The notes under the pieces: generated by a model
What the model was told of the DNA's origin: nothing
The model's input: only the letters and a program-made list of their open reading frames with translations
Database searches by the model: none
DNA from: Lama guanicoe
Lineage: Eukaryota
NCBI GenBank assembly: GCA_013239625.1
Contig: MU054323.1
Location: forward strand, 8,421,220-8,485,219
DNA: 64,000 bases
Direction of reading: 5' to 3'
Shown: piece by piece, positions 25,081 through 37,804 of the stretch
Position numbering within the stretch: position 1 is the first letter of the stretch
Layout: every line of letters starts with the position of its first letter
Made by a program: the position numbers and the translations under genes

Positions 25081-27034
25081 GCTGGTGGGCTTAGGTTTCA
25101 GGATGAGGGAGGTGTTTACTGAGTGCCAGGTGTGGGTATAACTACCATATATGCATCATCTCACTTGATGAAATGCTCAGGCCCTCCTTTGGGGAATTTC
25201 TTACGTCCCAAGGAGTGGTGCTGTTTAAGAGCTGGCTTTCCAGAGGGACAGTGAGCAGCTAATAGATCCCTAAAGATGAAGGAAATTACTCAGAGCAAGA
25301 GAGAAACCACTGAGCTGGTTATTCTTTTTTCTCTTGCACTTTGAGCAAGTATAAGTGAAAGATGGAAGATAATTTTAACATGAAAAGAAAAGGAAGTGGT
25401 TCAGCAATTCTGAGAGAAGCAGATCCATCTGAACAAATGATGATGGCTTTCCCAACTGTGTTAAGAAGTGTGGAAATGCTTGCATTGGATTTAGTTTGCA
25501 AAGCACATCCAAATACTTATTTGATTCTCTGCGCAGGATTGTTCCCTCTATAAAGATTGAGTTGCCCTTAATCTATACATTGAGATAGTAGCAGATCCTG
25601 CTCTTATGATTCCAATCACTTCCCCCAAACACACCCCTTTTCTGTGCACTAGTATGAAAATATGCTCCAGGAAGTCCCTTTACCATCCCCAGTGAAAAAC
25701 CCTGCAAATTAGCTCTGGCCCAAGTACCTTCTCAACAGCTGGGCACAAAATATGTGCTTTGACCTATTGATTCTTGATCTTGGAGCAAGAGAACCAAGCC
25801 TTTTTCTTTAGTGAGGGGGTTGAGAGGGAGTAAGAGAAAAAAACCTTTGCTACTGGGAACTCAGCAAAATGTGACTAGAGCTGCAGCAATGTAGAAGATG
25901 GTAAGAGAGTGACTCTCCAAAGATCTTTGTCCTGACAAAGCCAGGAAGGGCCAATACATTGTTCTTTCCAACACAGGGATGTCAGCAAATAAATTATATG
26001 TGAAATTTCTTTCCAATTTGCTGAGCAGGTCTCTGGTCAATATGGAAACTCATGCACCCACAGTGGTCTGGTAACTTCTGAAGCATAAAGTTGACATTTA
26101 TAATAACAGGTTCAGATTGAGCTCAGTACAAGTTCCTGCCAAATGTATGCCTGGGAACTGTGTCATAAAGTAGATTAGCGTTGGGTACTGGCTTTTCTTA
26201 GAGAACAAATGGGCAATAGGGGTAACATGACTGGGCATCAAATAAATCCAGATTTACCCAGCAGTATATCATAAATATCAAAAACAAAATAATAACCCTT
26301 TGAAATAGTAAAATTATGTTTCATATCCTGCCAAAGTATGTCATGATACTGTGTTTGTTGGTTAAACAAATGGTCCTAAAGTTCATGTTAACTTACCAGT
26401 GAGAGATGTGAAGTCTCACATTCACAGAAGAAATGAATGCCACATACACACTGAGGAATGCTTGGCTGGACAGTAGTTTATGTTATAAAACAAAAATAAA
26501 AACAACACATACAGAAAAACTAAGGGCTTGGGTTGATGAATGGGCAGTTCTGGTCAGCCACCAGGCTCCAGGAAGCCCCACTGAGTTAGCTGTTCCTTGG
26601 TCATGTCTGGCATAATTGGAGATGCCCATGTGTCATGAAGCAGCAATTCCACTTCCTGGCAACATCTACCCTGGATGCGGGGACTGCTCTCGCATGCGTG
26701 AGATGCTCAAGTACTACATGTAGCAGTAAATTTCCATGAATTCAGAAATGAACACATACCTGGAGGAGCTTTCATGTGATGAATTAATTTAAGTGAATGA
26801 AATGTATCTACATAAATGAATCTTAAAGATGTCGAATAAAAAAAGCAAGTTGCAAACGGACATGGACAGTATAATACCATTTGTTTACATTTTTTAAATT
26901 TGCAAAACATAGTAAAAACAATCGTGAGTGGGAGAGATTTCTATCAGCCTCAAGGGAGAGGGATGGGAATAGGAAGGAGGGCTTCAATTGTACTGGAGAT
27001 ATTTTATTTCATTTTTTTATTTAAAAACATGTAA

Positions 27035-27190
27035 GGGGAGAGGGTAGAGCTCAGTGGTAGAGCGCATGCTTAGCACGCACGAGGTCCTAGGTTCAGTCCC
27101 CAGTACCTCCATCAAAAATAAGTAAGTAAATAAATAAACCCAACTACCTCCCCCCAAAAGACAAACAAAAAATTAAGATAAATAAATAAA
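27035..27190 (+). mobile_element. tRNA-derived SINE, long type
   Basis: GGGGAGAGGGTAGAGCTCAGTGGTAGAGCGCATGCTTAGCACGCACGAGGTCCTAGGTTCAGTCCCCAGTACCTCCA, close to tRNA-Ala(AGC); followed by (TAAA)n and CTACCTCCCCCC. Confidence 0.9.
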
Positions 27191-28399
27191 TTCACCTGGA
27201 ATTTTTTTTAAAAAGCAATAAACTCTAGATTTAAAAAAAATTAAGTAAATACAGTAAAAAACATTAACATCTGTTAAATTTGAGTAGTGCTTTCATGGGT
27301 ATGTATTGTATTATTTTCTGTACTTTTACCATATGATCGAAGTGTTTCATAACTTTAAAAGAAAATATTTTAAATGCATAAACATGGTTAACTAAATTTT
27401 GAATAGTTTTAGCTTCCTCCAAATTTGTTTTTTTATGTGTATTATATATATAATGTATATTACTGTATATTCTAGTAAATAAATTTCAGAAAATTAGAAA
27501 AAATAAATTACTCAGACTCTCATCTTCCAAAAACAGTCATTGTTAATGTTTTAGTATTTTTCCTTCCATTTTTTTTCTTTATGTGGGTGTGTGTTTTTAA
27601 ACATACTTCTAAGCATCTTGGGTACACATATTGAATTCTGCCTTTTTCACTCATTATAGCTTCACCCTTGTTCCATGTTAAGACTTGGCCTCCATAAACA
27701 TCATTTCTATTGATTTCTAAAAATCTTTCATAGCTTACTTTTCTTGCATATAAACAGTCATGAACATTCAGCAGTCACACAGTCACATTTCCTTTTGATT
27801 ATCGTAAACATAATCCTTTTGAAAGTCTCCAGAACAGGATTGGGTCACACTCTGCTGTTGATTTCTACAAGGCTGTTTTGTGTGGGATGACAGTAAAAAG
27901 GTCTGTCACATCTGTGATATCACATTCCCGCAAAGACTGAGCTTGTCGGCATTCATCCCGTAGGCGGGAAGTGTGCATATTTTAGAAGCCAGCTCTATGT
28001 GCATCTTGCCTGAGAGGAAACAAGTGCTCATGCATCCAGCATCTGGTCTGGGCTCCTGAACCTGCAGCTGGGGGAATATTTGCTGATCCTATTAAATTCC
28101 TGGTTTGAGGCCCAGGGAACAGCAGAAATTATTCCAAGTATTTATGTGCCCCTACCTGGCTTATAGATGCTCTCACATCAATTGCCTCCTAATCCTCTCT
28201 GGGCCCCTGAGGGAGATGCAGAGCCGGCACACGGGATTATAACCAGTAATTGGGAAAGTCAGGACCACTGCTGGATGATCCTGACTCCTTCTATCCTTAG
28301 ACCCAGGCAAAAGGAGCCTCTGCTGTGGGCTCTGGACTCTAGGCAGCTTCCCCAGGTCTGCCCAGAGCCCACTCTTCCAATCCTATACCACACCCTGGG

Positions 28400-28830
28400 G
28401 CCCTGGTATTCCCTGTCACAGGCCTGAGCACCGCCAGGGCCTGCATTAGCCTGAATCTGTCCTCCTGGGGACCAGACCACCAGTGTGTGCATGCCCAGGC
28501 CCAGGGCAGCAGCTTGGAGGGGTGCACAGAGCTTAGACGTCCGGGCTGCAGGAAGTACCTAGGGTTGAGGGGTGAGGGCTAGAGGCAAGTGCAGAGGCTG
28601 AAGGCCAGCATCCCCTGCAGTGTACTGCAAAACTGCAAGGTCCCTGAGGATTCTAAACTCAAGCCTGGCCTTCTCAGTCACTATGAAGCTATATCTGTTA
28701 GAGTAGGAGGATAGAATAGATGCTGTGTAACAGTTCGTTAGCTTGATCTGTAACTTTTAACTATTCAGAGATTCAGCAGGTAGACCTCCCTTTCTATTCT
28801 CAGAAACCCGCAGATATTAAGAACAGTCTT
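28400..28830. mobile_element. hAT-Tip100 (MER115-like) fragment
   Basis: cctggccttc...tatgaagctatat...gtaggaggatagaa...aacagttcgttagcttgat...taacttttaa resembles the recalled consensus. Confidence 0.45.
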
Positions 28831-29609
28831 GGCTCTCTTAAAACACGATGCTGTTTCCAGGTTCCCTTTCTTTTCTATGCAAGGCTACAGATATACCGAG
28901 GGGGTGCAAAGAAAAACAATCTAGAGCCCCAGAAAAAAATAAAACAATTTAGTGTGTAAAATCCGAATAGATCAGACACCCCAGTGTCAACATATAAAGC
29001 AAGAAATGCATTTCAGGACAAAATAGAGTACAAACACCTGCTGTGTGGATGAATCAGCCTGGCACGATGTAGCAAAATCAGAAATAGAAGCCAGCTAGTA
29101 AAGCTCCAATCTGCTGTCCTTCGCCTTCTCTCTGTTTCTCTGCCTCCCCCGTCACAGTTCCTACACGTGGACCACAGAACTACCACCCTCTGTTGGTTGC
29201 TTTAAGTTGTGCAAGAAGCCAGACCCCTGGTTTTCCTACAATGAGAGAAATTGTCTCACCAGCCCCACCAGGGTCAGCATGGAAAATAAGTGTTGCAAAG
29301 ACTTTCATTTAAATTGTTGTTTGACCACTGAACTAACTTTTTTCCAGCCCTTTATTCCCCAGCAATATTTCTGTCTTATGATCGAGGATTTAACTGAATG
29401 GGAAAGCATGAACTCATTCAGACAGTTTCATTGTGCTGTTCTTCTCCCGTTCAGAAAACAGAGATAAACAACTAGACTCTGAATAATTAAACACACATAT
29501 TAGGACAAAAAAGTCTTTACAAAGTCTATTCTGTAAGTGATGATTCACTTGACTTTCACAGCTATCCAGCAAGGAAGCTATTTCCATGGTATAGGTAAAG
29601 AATCTACAT

Positions 29610-29714
29610 CAAAATATGAAAATGAATATATGTATATGTATATGCATGACTGGGACATTGTGCTGTATACCAGAAATTGATACATTGTAACTGATGGTAT
29701 TTCAATTAAAAAAA
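29610..29714 (+). mobile_element. Short 5'-truncated young L1 3' end with poly(A)
   Basis: Perfect 13-bp TSD AAAGAATCTACAT at 29597-29609 and 29715-29727; related to the inserts at 40.6 kb and 62.1 kb. Confidence 0.8.
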
Positions 29715-30816
29715 AAAGAATCTACATAGGAGATGTCAAGTAACCCAGCTGAGGTTATTCAGCTGAGAGATGGCACAGGGGGTATTCTAATTTGGGGCTG
29801 ATCCTAAATCACTGTAAGGATTCAGATATTCAAATGAAAGAGTAGATTTTGTCCAAATTTTAATTCATCAAGAGAAGAGAGTCACCTTATATCAAAGCCC
29901 TCATAGTCACTCATGTTAGGGGAGCCTGTCTCAATTTTTAATTTTCATTTTAATGAAGTTTTTTGGAGAACAACACATTAGCCTGGACTAGCCTCTGAAA
30001 AATGGTAATTTTGGAAGCTTGTGGAGGTTGCCTGACCAAATTAGTTTTTAAAGATGTGGGGATGGATCTCTAATACAGATTTAGTAATTATTCCTGAAAG
30101 TATGCTTTGTGATTGCAGATGAGGCTTTTTAAAGATTTCTTTTTAAGTGCTACCTTGTGAAGATTGTGGATAGGATGATTTTTCACTGACAAATCATACA
30201 GGGACCTAAAATGTTCCAACAAGACAGATGGAAATGAAGTTAATGTTCTTGGAAAAACTAAAGACAAAGACCCTGATGTTAAAGATGCATATAAATACTT
30301 TGAATAGAACTGTTTCATGAAATGTGAGAGACCAAACAAAACAATGTATTCAAATTAACATTTTATTCATGACAGTTTAAATATATAATGTGTAACTAAA
30401 ATAATAAACATTATAAGTAGATTTACATTATGGCAGACATTTGATTATGTCATCTATATATTCAAGTTGGCAGAAATCATTTGGGGGGTCTTCTCTTTGG
30501 GAAACAGGGGCTGACCTGAGGCTCAGGTAACAAACACACTCAGTGGTTTTTCCAAAGCACCAGCTGCAACCCAAGATGAGGAAGAAGCAGGTTTGGGTGC
30601 TGGATCCACATCAATGATGAAGGTTACACACTGGCCCCTGTGTCTCCAGACAGCTCCTCACAGTTTCCCAAACATTGCTTCACTTGGACTTCCCAGCCTC
30701 CTGTGCAGTAGAGTTGGGCTGTCCTGAAGGTTCCCCCAAGGACCCCATGTCCCCCAACATCAATGACTTGGGTTGGGGTCGAGATGTGATGAGACTGCTT
30801 TTCCCGTCTCTCTCAG

Positions 30817-30975
30817 GCAGCACTGGTTGGGGGTACCACCATGATCATTGGCCACGTCCTGCCTGACAAGGAGACCTCCCTTGTGGATGCCTATGAGAAG
30901 TGCCGGGGTCTGGCTGACCCCAAAGTCTGCTGTGACTACGCCCTCCACGTGGGGATCACCTGGTGGGCACCCAAG
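30817..30975 (+). CDS. DPYSL5: DPYSL5 coding exon 2 (aa 88-140)
   Basis: tctctcag|GCAGCACTG; AALVGGTTMIIGHVLPDKETSLVDAYEKCRGLADPKVCCDYALHVGITWWAPK; donor AAG|gtaaca. Not present in the ORF track. Confidence 0.97.
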
Positions 30976-32944
30976 GTAACAGTGCTGGATGGAACCCCAA
31001 AATAGAAACCAGTGGCTTTTTTGGCGGGGGGGGCCATTTGGTGGGAGCCAGTGGCGGGGTGATGTTCTCCTGCAGTGTGGAACACCCCTCTCACCACCAT
31101 CCTAACCCCCCCAAATGACAAAAGAAAAATCACTTATGATTCCATAAGAGGGGCGGTGGGCCTGTCTTGCTTAAAGAGCCAGTTTTCCAGGAGACATAGA
31201 GGGCGCACTGGCTCCTTGCTTGGACCACAGGTGCTCAGTGTCTCCTGATGGTTTACATTAGTGCCACTGACATGTAAGGATTTGCTGCTGAGTAGTGGGC
31301 TCAGCAAGGGTCAGGTCCCAAGGGTTGGATCATTTTGTGCTTGAAGTGACAGCACTGAGGTCTCAGAACAGAGGGTCCTGTCCTGGCTCCTGTCTGGTAT
31401 GAATGGACTGGGGAGCTTCCTTCCTGCTGGGACCCAGCTGCTGCTCTGAGCGCCCTGCTCCTTATGCGTGGTCGAGGCTGACTCCCACTGGGCCCTCTCT
31501 CAGTTCAGCCTCTGTGCCCCTGGCTTTCCTGTCCTCCCGCTGCCCAGGCCCCAGGGCCAGAGTCCCGTCCCCTCTCCCCAGATTCCCACTTCCTTGTTCT
31601 TCCTGAATACAGACACACGTAGCGTTCAGATTTTGCTTCATTTCTGGAGTTTTATTGCTTATTACCCCAGGGAAGCAGCCTGGATAGTCATTCTTTCATC
31701 AATGATTTCTTAATCACTCTGAGCCTGTACTTGCGTGGGTGCCCTGGAATTATCAAAAAAAACAAGCATTAAGAAACTTTACAAAGGTCTCCAGCTATGG
31801 ACCCTGGTCTAAAGGGCCTGACTCCCTTCTGAGATGGGAAATAAAAGCCTTGCTGGATTTCTGCCCTCAGTTACGAGTCTTGAGTGTGGGTCTCACCCAG
31901 TCTCTTCCATTATTTCCAAACGTACTTATGAAAGGCCTTGGGGCCCCCCAACCTTACATCATGAAGACCCCCCTTCCTGGTACTGGGCAAAAGGTGCAGA
32001 CCACCTGTATGTCAACCACCCTTTATCTCACATGGAGCTTTGTCCATTCTGGACACCCTCCTGGGTGGATGACCCCTACCCCGAGCCTCTCTCCTAGCCA
32101 TCCCTAAGTTCCTAGAGGTTGTAGAGATTTTCATGTGTCTAAAATTTTAAATTCTTTTTTATAATAATCAAATAATTTTTTTCTAAGTACAGATTTAAAA
32201 AATAGAAAAGAAAGGAAGCATATAACCAGTCACCCCTGACACAATCACTATTATTTTTAGCTTATTTCCTTCAGGTCTTTTTTCATACCTGCTTTCTTTC
32301 ACTGAAGTGTGAGCATTTTCCATTTGGTTGCACGGCCTTCATGACCATCAATGCCGTGGCCACCGAATGTTCTGTCAAGTAGGTGAATCACTATTTATTT
32401 TCCTATTGTTAGACCAATGTTTCTTCCATTCTTTCCTAGTATAAATAATGTTGGGATGAATATCCTTATTCACATAGCTTTGGATCATGCTTGGCTTTGA
32501 CCCTAAATTAGATTTTCCCCAGGTCTCTGGATTTTTAGTATTAGTGTGCCTTCTCTGTAACACTTCTTCCACTATGCGGGGTGAAGGGGGGGGGTGGAGG
32601 GAATGGGCCACAGGTGTAAGTCATTAGTGCATTTACCATGAAGGCTGATTTGGAGACAGAACCACAGGACCAGCCTATGTGATAGGAGAAACATGCCCAG
32701 AGAATGCCACGATTTAGTTCCTATATTTGTGTCATAAGGACAATTTTCAGAGTACTTCCATTTGCTCACATGACCTCACAGCAGCTGGTGGAGTGGGAGG
32801 AAAGCAAGATACTGAGAGGTTGCAGGTGGTGTTGTGGTGGCTCCATCGACGGACCCCCATCTCCTCCACACTGGGCCTGCGTCCAGCAGTCCACCTCCTG
32901 GATATGTGTACTCACATGGCCTTGCTTTACACTTTGCTCTGCAG

Positions 32945-33124
32945 GTGAAGGTGGAAATGGAGACCCTGGTGAGGGAGAAGGGTGTCAACTCATTCCAGAT
33001 GTTCATGACCTACAAGGACTTGTATATGCTTCGGGACAGCGAGCTGTACCAAGTGTTCCATGCTTGCAAGGATATTGGGGCGATCGCTCGAGTCCATGCT
33101 GAAAACGGGGAGCTTGTGGCTGAG
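32945..33124 (+). CDS. DPYSL5: DPYSL5 coding exon 3 (aa 141-200), followed by a GC donor
   Basis: ctctgcag|[31 protein letters not shown]...[11 protein letters not shown]; donor GAG|gcaagg, required to keep frame with the next exon. Confidence 0.95.
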
Positions 33125-33923
33125 GCAAGGCGGTAGAGAATATTGGGGAAAGTGGGGGGCACCAAAAGAGGCAGTTCTTGGGGATTCCGGACCACCCATT
33201 ACTCATCCTATAAAACAAAATATAAAAACAAGTGTGAGATGTTAACACCCCAGATGACAAATCTTTGTCCCAAAATCCAGACTTTTCTATTGTCTGTAAA
33301 AAACAAGTCTCTTTGTATAGTTCAGAAGGATTTCTAAGTCTTGGTTGATGAGGTCTTAATTCTAATATGATATTTAACTTCCATTATAGCAAAGGAATTT
33401 GGAGCACCTCTAAGAAGTATTTTTAATGAGATTTGACATACAGAATAACTAAGAGTCAGCTTTCCCCTTCCCTGTGCTTCCTCCAGAGGAGCTGAGCTAT
33501 TCTAAGGATCTTCTCACTGATGCCAAGATGACAAGCCCTTTTGTACTCCTAGGTCTTAAGTAGGATGTTTAGGGTTGGGTTAATCTAGGCATCGCTGGAA
33601 GCTCGAGATTTCACTAGATTGCCAGTGAGGAAATTCTGATTTTCAGATCAATAAAGCATGCTTGTCTTTAGTGTCCCAGGCCTGCTGGCTGGTGACTAAA
33701 CTGTATTCTTAAGAGGAAAAGATATTTTCAATCATTATGAAGTGAGACTCGGGAGCCCTGTGCTTATCTTGCCCTCTTTATAGAAGATGAATATTACAGA
33801 AGTGAGAAGTGCAGCAAGTCTATGGGAATGGGCTGTGTCTAGCATATTTCACTGTCCCTTGGGTTCAATATTATTTTGTATCTCTATGATCCTCTCAATA
33901 TTCTTTCTATTGCTATTATTCAG

Positions 33924-33992
33924 GGCGCTAAGGAGGCGCTAGATCTGGGTATCACAGGCCCTGAAGGAATTGAGATCAGCCGTCCAGAGGAG
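33924..33992 (+). CDS. DPYSL5: DPYSL5 coding exon 4 (aa 201-223)
   Basis: attattcag|GGCGCT; GAKEALDLGITGPEGIEISRPEE; donor GAG|gtgagg. Confidence 0.96.
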
Positions 33993-34613
33993 GTGAGGAA
34001 GAGTTCTGTGTCCTTTGTCAACTTTTTTCTTAAAGGTTTGGAGATTCTTTAGGATAAAAGATACATCAGTAAATGTAAGTTGTATGGTATCACTTTCTCC
34101 ATGGGCGAAACTCCCATCTGGAAGCTTCCCAGGGAACAGCTTCCTCCGTGCTACAGCTGAGCTGGCCTGGGGCTTCCCTGGGGAAGGCAACTTGGGGGAA
34201 ACCAGACCCACCTCACTGGGTTCTGATTTCAAGGATCTGAGGGAGGCAATGTGCGCATGCCAGGGGTTGCTTTGCCCAGAATTGAATCGGGAGAGAAAAG
34301 ACAGACTGAAAGGACCTTCAAATGTTAGAAGAAATTCCAGGTTATAAGCCAGTGACAGCATTATGGGGATAAGATCTCTTTGAGCATCTGAAGAGAACTT
34401 TGGACCCTTCCCACCAGAAACGAGAGGCACATGCATGTCTGTGCTCTTTCCCCTTTTCCTATTCCTAAGATGGTAACTAACCGCCCTGCTCTCTCTCTGC
34501 CCTCTGGTGTTCTCCTTGCACAATTTTGCAAGATGTCATCACAAACCCCCCAGATCCCCCTTGCTGAAGAATTCGGCTCTGGAGAGACCACATTAGACAA
34601 ATAATGCATTCTT

Positions 34614-34772
34614 TTTTTCTTTTAATGTATTTTAGATGTAATTATTTATTTATTTTTGGCCAGGGAGTGGGGAGGTAATTAGGTTTATTTACTTTATGAG
34701 AGGTACTGGGGATTGAACCCAGGACCATGTGCATGCAAAGCGTGCACTCTACCCCTGAGCTATACCCTCCCC
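34614..34772 (-). mobile_element. tRNA-derived SINE, long type
   Basis: TSD AAATAATG(C/T)ATTCTT at 34599-34613 and 34773-34787. Confidence 0.9.
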
Positions 34773-35261
34773 AAATAATGTATTCTTGCCCTATGACCCT
34801 GTTCAGACATCCTCTACCATTGGTGAGGGGAAGGCTATTTTCCATTTCTTCAAAGCCTTAAATGCAGAGCGGTGGTTGGATGTCCATGAGGGATTGATGG
34901 AGAGGCCTTGAGGGACAAGGAGCTGGAGACAGGATGTGATGGTACTGTCCTCAGACAGGAACCAAATCAGCCTAGTGGGTCAGCTGGGGGATTGTGGTCC
35001 CACCTTGTTCTTGCCCTAGGTCTGTCAGAGCCCTTGACTGTAGTTCCTGTTTGGGCACCTCAGAGTTGGTAGAGAAAGATACACTGGATTGAACAAAGTC
35101 AATACACTGAGACTGTCTATGAGAACAGGGATGGTTAGGGGACGGGCACAGGACTGGACCTTTTGGAGTTCTAGGGGAGAAGAGCCAAGCTCTGAGTGTA
35201 GGGGTAGTAATAGCAAAAATTATCACCATCATCATCTATTGATTGAAGGGAAGTGTCCTGG

Positions 35262-35472
35262 GTCTAAACCGGAGAGATTGTTCTCCCCAGGGACATTTGG
35301 CAATGTCTAAAGATACTTGTTTATCCCAGCTTGGGGCGGGGGGAGGATGTTACTGGCCTCCAGTAGGTAGAGTTGAAGGATGCTGCTGAAGAGCCTCCAA
35401 CGCCCAGACGGCCCCCACCAGCGAGAATTATCTCATCCAAAATGTCAGTAGTGCTGAGGTTCAGAAAACTGA
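35262..35472 (+). mobile_element. MER20-like hAT MITE
   Basis: ccccagggacatttggcaatgtct...ggatgctgct...ccaaaatgtcagtagtgctgaggttcagaaaactg. Confidence 0.8.
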
Positions 35473-35851
35473 TCTAGGCCAGTTCCAGCTTGAAGTCAGT
35501 CAGTATTGCTCCTTTGCTACAGTTCTGAGATGTCTGTGGAGAGAATGCACCAGAAACCAGAGAAACTGTGACTCTGGGTTTTTGTTTGCTCATTTTGTTG
35601 CCTTTAAGCCCTTAGCAGCATCCAGCGAAGATGTGCCTGGATCACTAAGTCCTGGGATTCTCTCAATGTGAGCAAAGGTGATTGGAGCTTGGTGCCCCTG
35701 CCCTGGGCTTCTCCCCACTCAGAGCCAGCTGTCCCCCTCGGCCCTGTGTCAGACGTTCCAGTGCTTTCCATCAGGTGGGGTCTCAGGCAGATGTAAGCTT
35801 GTTTGGGGAGTTGGTGAAGCTTGTTTTCTTTCTGTTCTCTGTTTCCAACAG

Positions 35852-35896
35852 CTGGAAGCTGAAGCCACTCATCGAGTTATCACCATTGCAAACAGG
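35852..35896 (+). CDS. DPYSL5: DPYSL5 coding exon 5 (aa 224-238)
   Basis: ttccaacag|CTGGAA; LEAEATHRVITIANR; donor AGG|gtaagt. Confidence 0.96.
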
Positions 35897-36579
35897 GTAA
35901 GTAGATGCCAACTCACCCTAAGCCCATTCTCAACTCTGGGATCAGAAACCAGTCTGTACGGTGGAGTCCCATTCTGGTGGATGCCAGCTCTGTGCCTGGC
36001 TCCCAGGACCCCAAATGAACACCGTTTGCTAAGTAAACATTGTTATTCCCACAGACCTGGCAGGAGTCCTCCTTGCCACCAGCTCTGCGTTTCATCCCCA
36101 CTGAGCTTGCTGGGACCTGGTTCATTGCTCAAGTGGAAATGGCTCCCAAGGCAGGGCAAGGTGGGGACCTCAGAGCTCATGGCAACTGAAATCTGTTTCT
36201 TGTAGAGGAATAGAGAGATGTTTGCTTAGAGAACCATGATTTAAACCTCTGTCTCTGGGCCATTCATAATTTTTCCTTGCTGGTTCAGGGTAAGCAGGCG
36301 CTGATGTAGCATGGTGGTGGGAACGAGCAAGAGACATGAGGCTTTGACCAGACAAGTTTCCCATTGTATGCAAGGCAGTCTCTCTGATACACTATTGAGT
36401 ATCTAAAATTGGAATGGTAATATCACCCACTCCTCACAGGATGGTTGTGAGGATCAAAGGAGTCATGAAAGGAAAAGCACTTTATCAACAGTACAGCCCG
36501 TACCAAGGTCATTTCTCCTCCTAAACCATCATTAAAGGGTTCAATTTGCTCAGAGAATATAAACTATCTTCTCTAGAAC

Positions 36580-36775
36580 ATTAGTTTTCTAAGTGAGGTC
36601 CCTGCACCAGCCGCATTGGTATCATTTATTAGAAATAGGAACTCAGAAGTGCAAATGCTCAGACCTGTGCAGATCCACTGGATCAGAAACAGGCTGACAC
36701 CCGGTGACCCCCAGCAACCTGTGTTTTAACAAGCCCGCTAATGATTCCTAACGGGCGCTAACTCTTGAGAATTTC
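36580..36775. mobile_element. MER5-like hAT MITE, degraded
   Basis: agaagtgcaaatgctcagacc...gatcagaaac...ctgtgttttaacaagccc...tgattcc motifs. Confidence 0.6.
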
Positions 36776-37728
36776 TCCTCTGGAAAGACCTGGGCTCCCC
36801 CGAAGGCTGTAAGCAGCGGGTGTTTGTTGTTAGGAACACCAGGGGAACACAGAGAGGTTGGAGGTCCTGCTGGTCTCAAAACTAGTCAGGAAACTTCTGC
36901 CAAGCACATCAAATGTCAGGCCGGTTCCTAAATTCTTGTCCTCCTAATCTGATAAGCAAAGAAAGCATCAGAATAATATTTGGGAAAACAGTTTCCCATT
37001 AGCCCTTTGTAAGTCTAGGAGCTGGACAAAGACATTGTTTTACTGTTATAACAGTAGTTATGTTATCAATTACTTCTTGATGGAGACTCACCCCAGAATA
37101 AGGAAGGATCCGAACAACAAAAGGGGAGTTCCTTGTTTTTTAACTCAAACATATGCCAAGAGAAGTGAAGCCATGGACCTTGGTTGGACAGCTTGGTAGA
37201 GGAAAAGCTAATCAGTCTTACAATCCAGGTGTCCATTTGCAAGAACACTCCTGTCTGGTGTAGACTCTGAACCCTGAACCTCTTGTGTATTGTTTCTTCT
37301 CTGGGATACAGTCTGTCTGCTGATAAAGCAGCCCTTAGATGGCAGGCATCATAATTTTGGATATGGAATATAATACATAACTTTCTCTAGGTCATCATGT
37401 TCATGAAAAGGAAAGTAAAACAGTCCCTCATTTTAAGTTGTAAATAGTCTTGGTGTTGGCTGGTAGAAAATGTGAGGTCCAGCCCTCAACACCTTGCCCC
37501 AAGGTTCCCCTGCTGGGCTCTGGTGCCCAGCGCTGCCTGTCCCCTCCTTGCTTTGTGGGGTTCCCCAGCCTGTGTTCCCAGCAGGAGACCATCACCCTGA
37601 GGGTCGAGCTGAGCGATGCAGGGCAGGGGTGGTTCGGGGGCCAGGACTGAGCTGGTCTGGTTATCTTGATGCTTGTTAGGTTTTGGGGGTTGATGCTCTC
37701 TCCTTCCCATCATGTCTCCTGTGTTTAG

Positions 37729-37804
37729 ACTCACTGTCCAATCTACCTGGTCAATGTGTCCAGCATCTCGGCCGGTGACGTTATCGCCACTGCTAAGATG
37801 CAAG
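37729..37804 (+). CDS. DPYSL5: DPYSL5 coding exon 6 (aa 239-264)
   Basis: gtgtttag|ACTCAC; THCPIYLVNVSSISAGDVIATAKMQ+G (phase 1); donor AAG|gtgagt. Confidence 0.96.

Noticed and set aside
27035..27111. Apparent tRNA-Ala(AGC) gene (and similar heads elsewhere)
   Set aside because: Has a 5' G-rich extension, an A-rich tail and mismatched stems, and occurs in nine dispersed copies, several with TSDs: a SINE, not a tRNA gene.
29950..30480. AT-rich block vaguely resembling a DNA-transposon internal region
   Set aside because: No TIRs or recognisable transposase peptide found by eye.
32577..32607. G-quadruplex-capable G-runs (also ~11888 and ~39545)
   Set aside because: Common in GC-rich mammalian introns; no positional evidence for function.
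33939..34523. 194-aa antisense ORF overlapping coding exon 4
   Set aside because: No recognisable homology, non-ATG start; consistent with a chance ORF.
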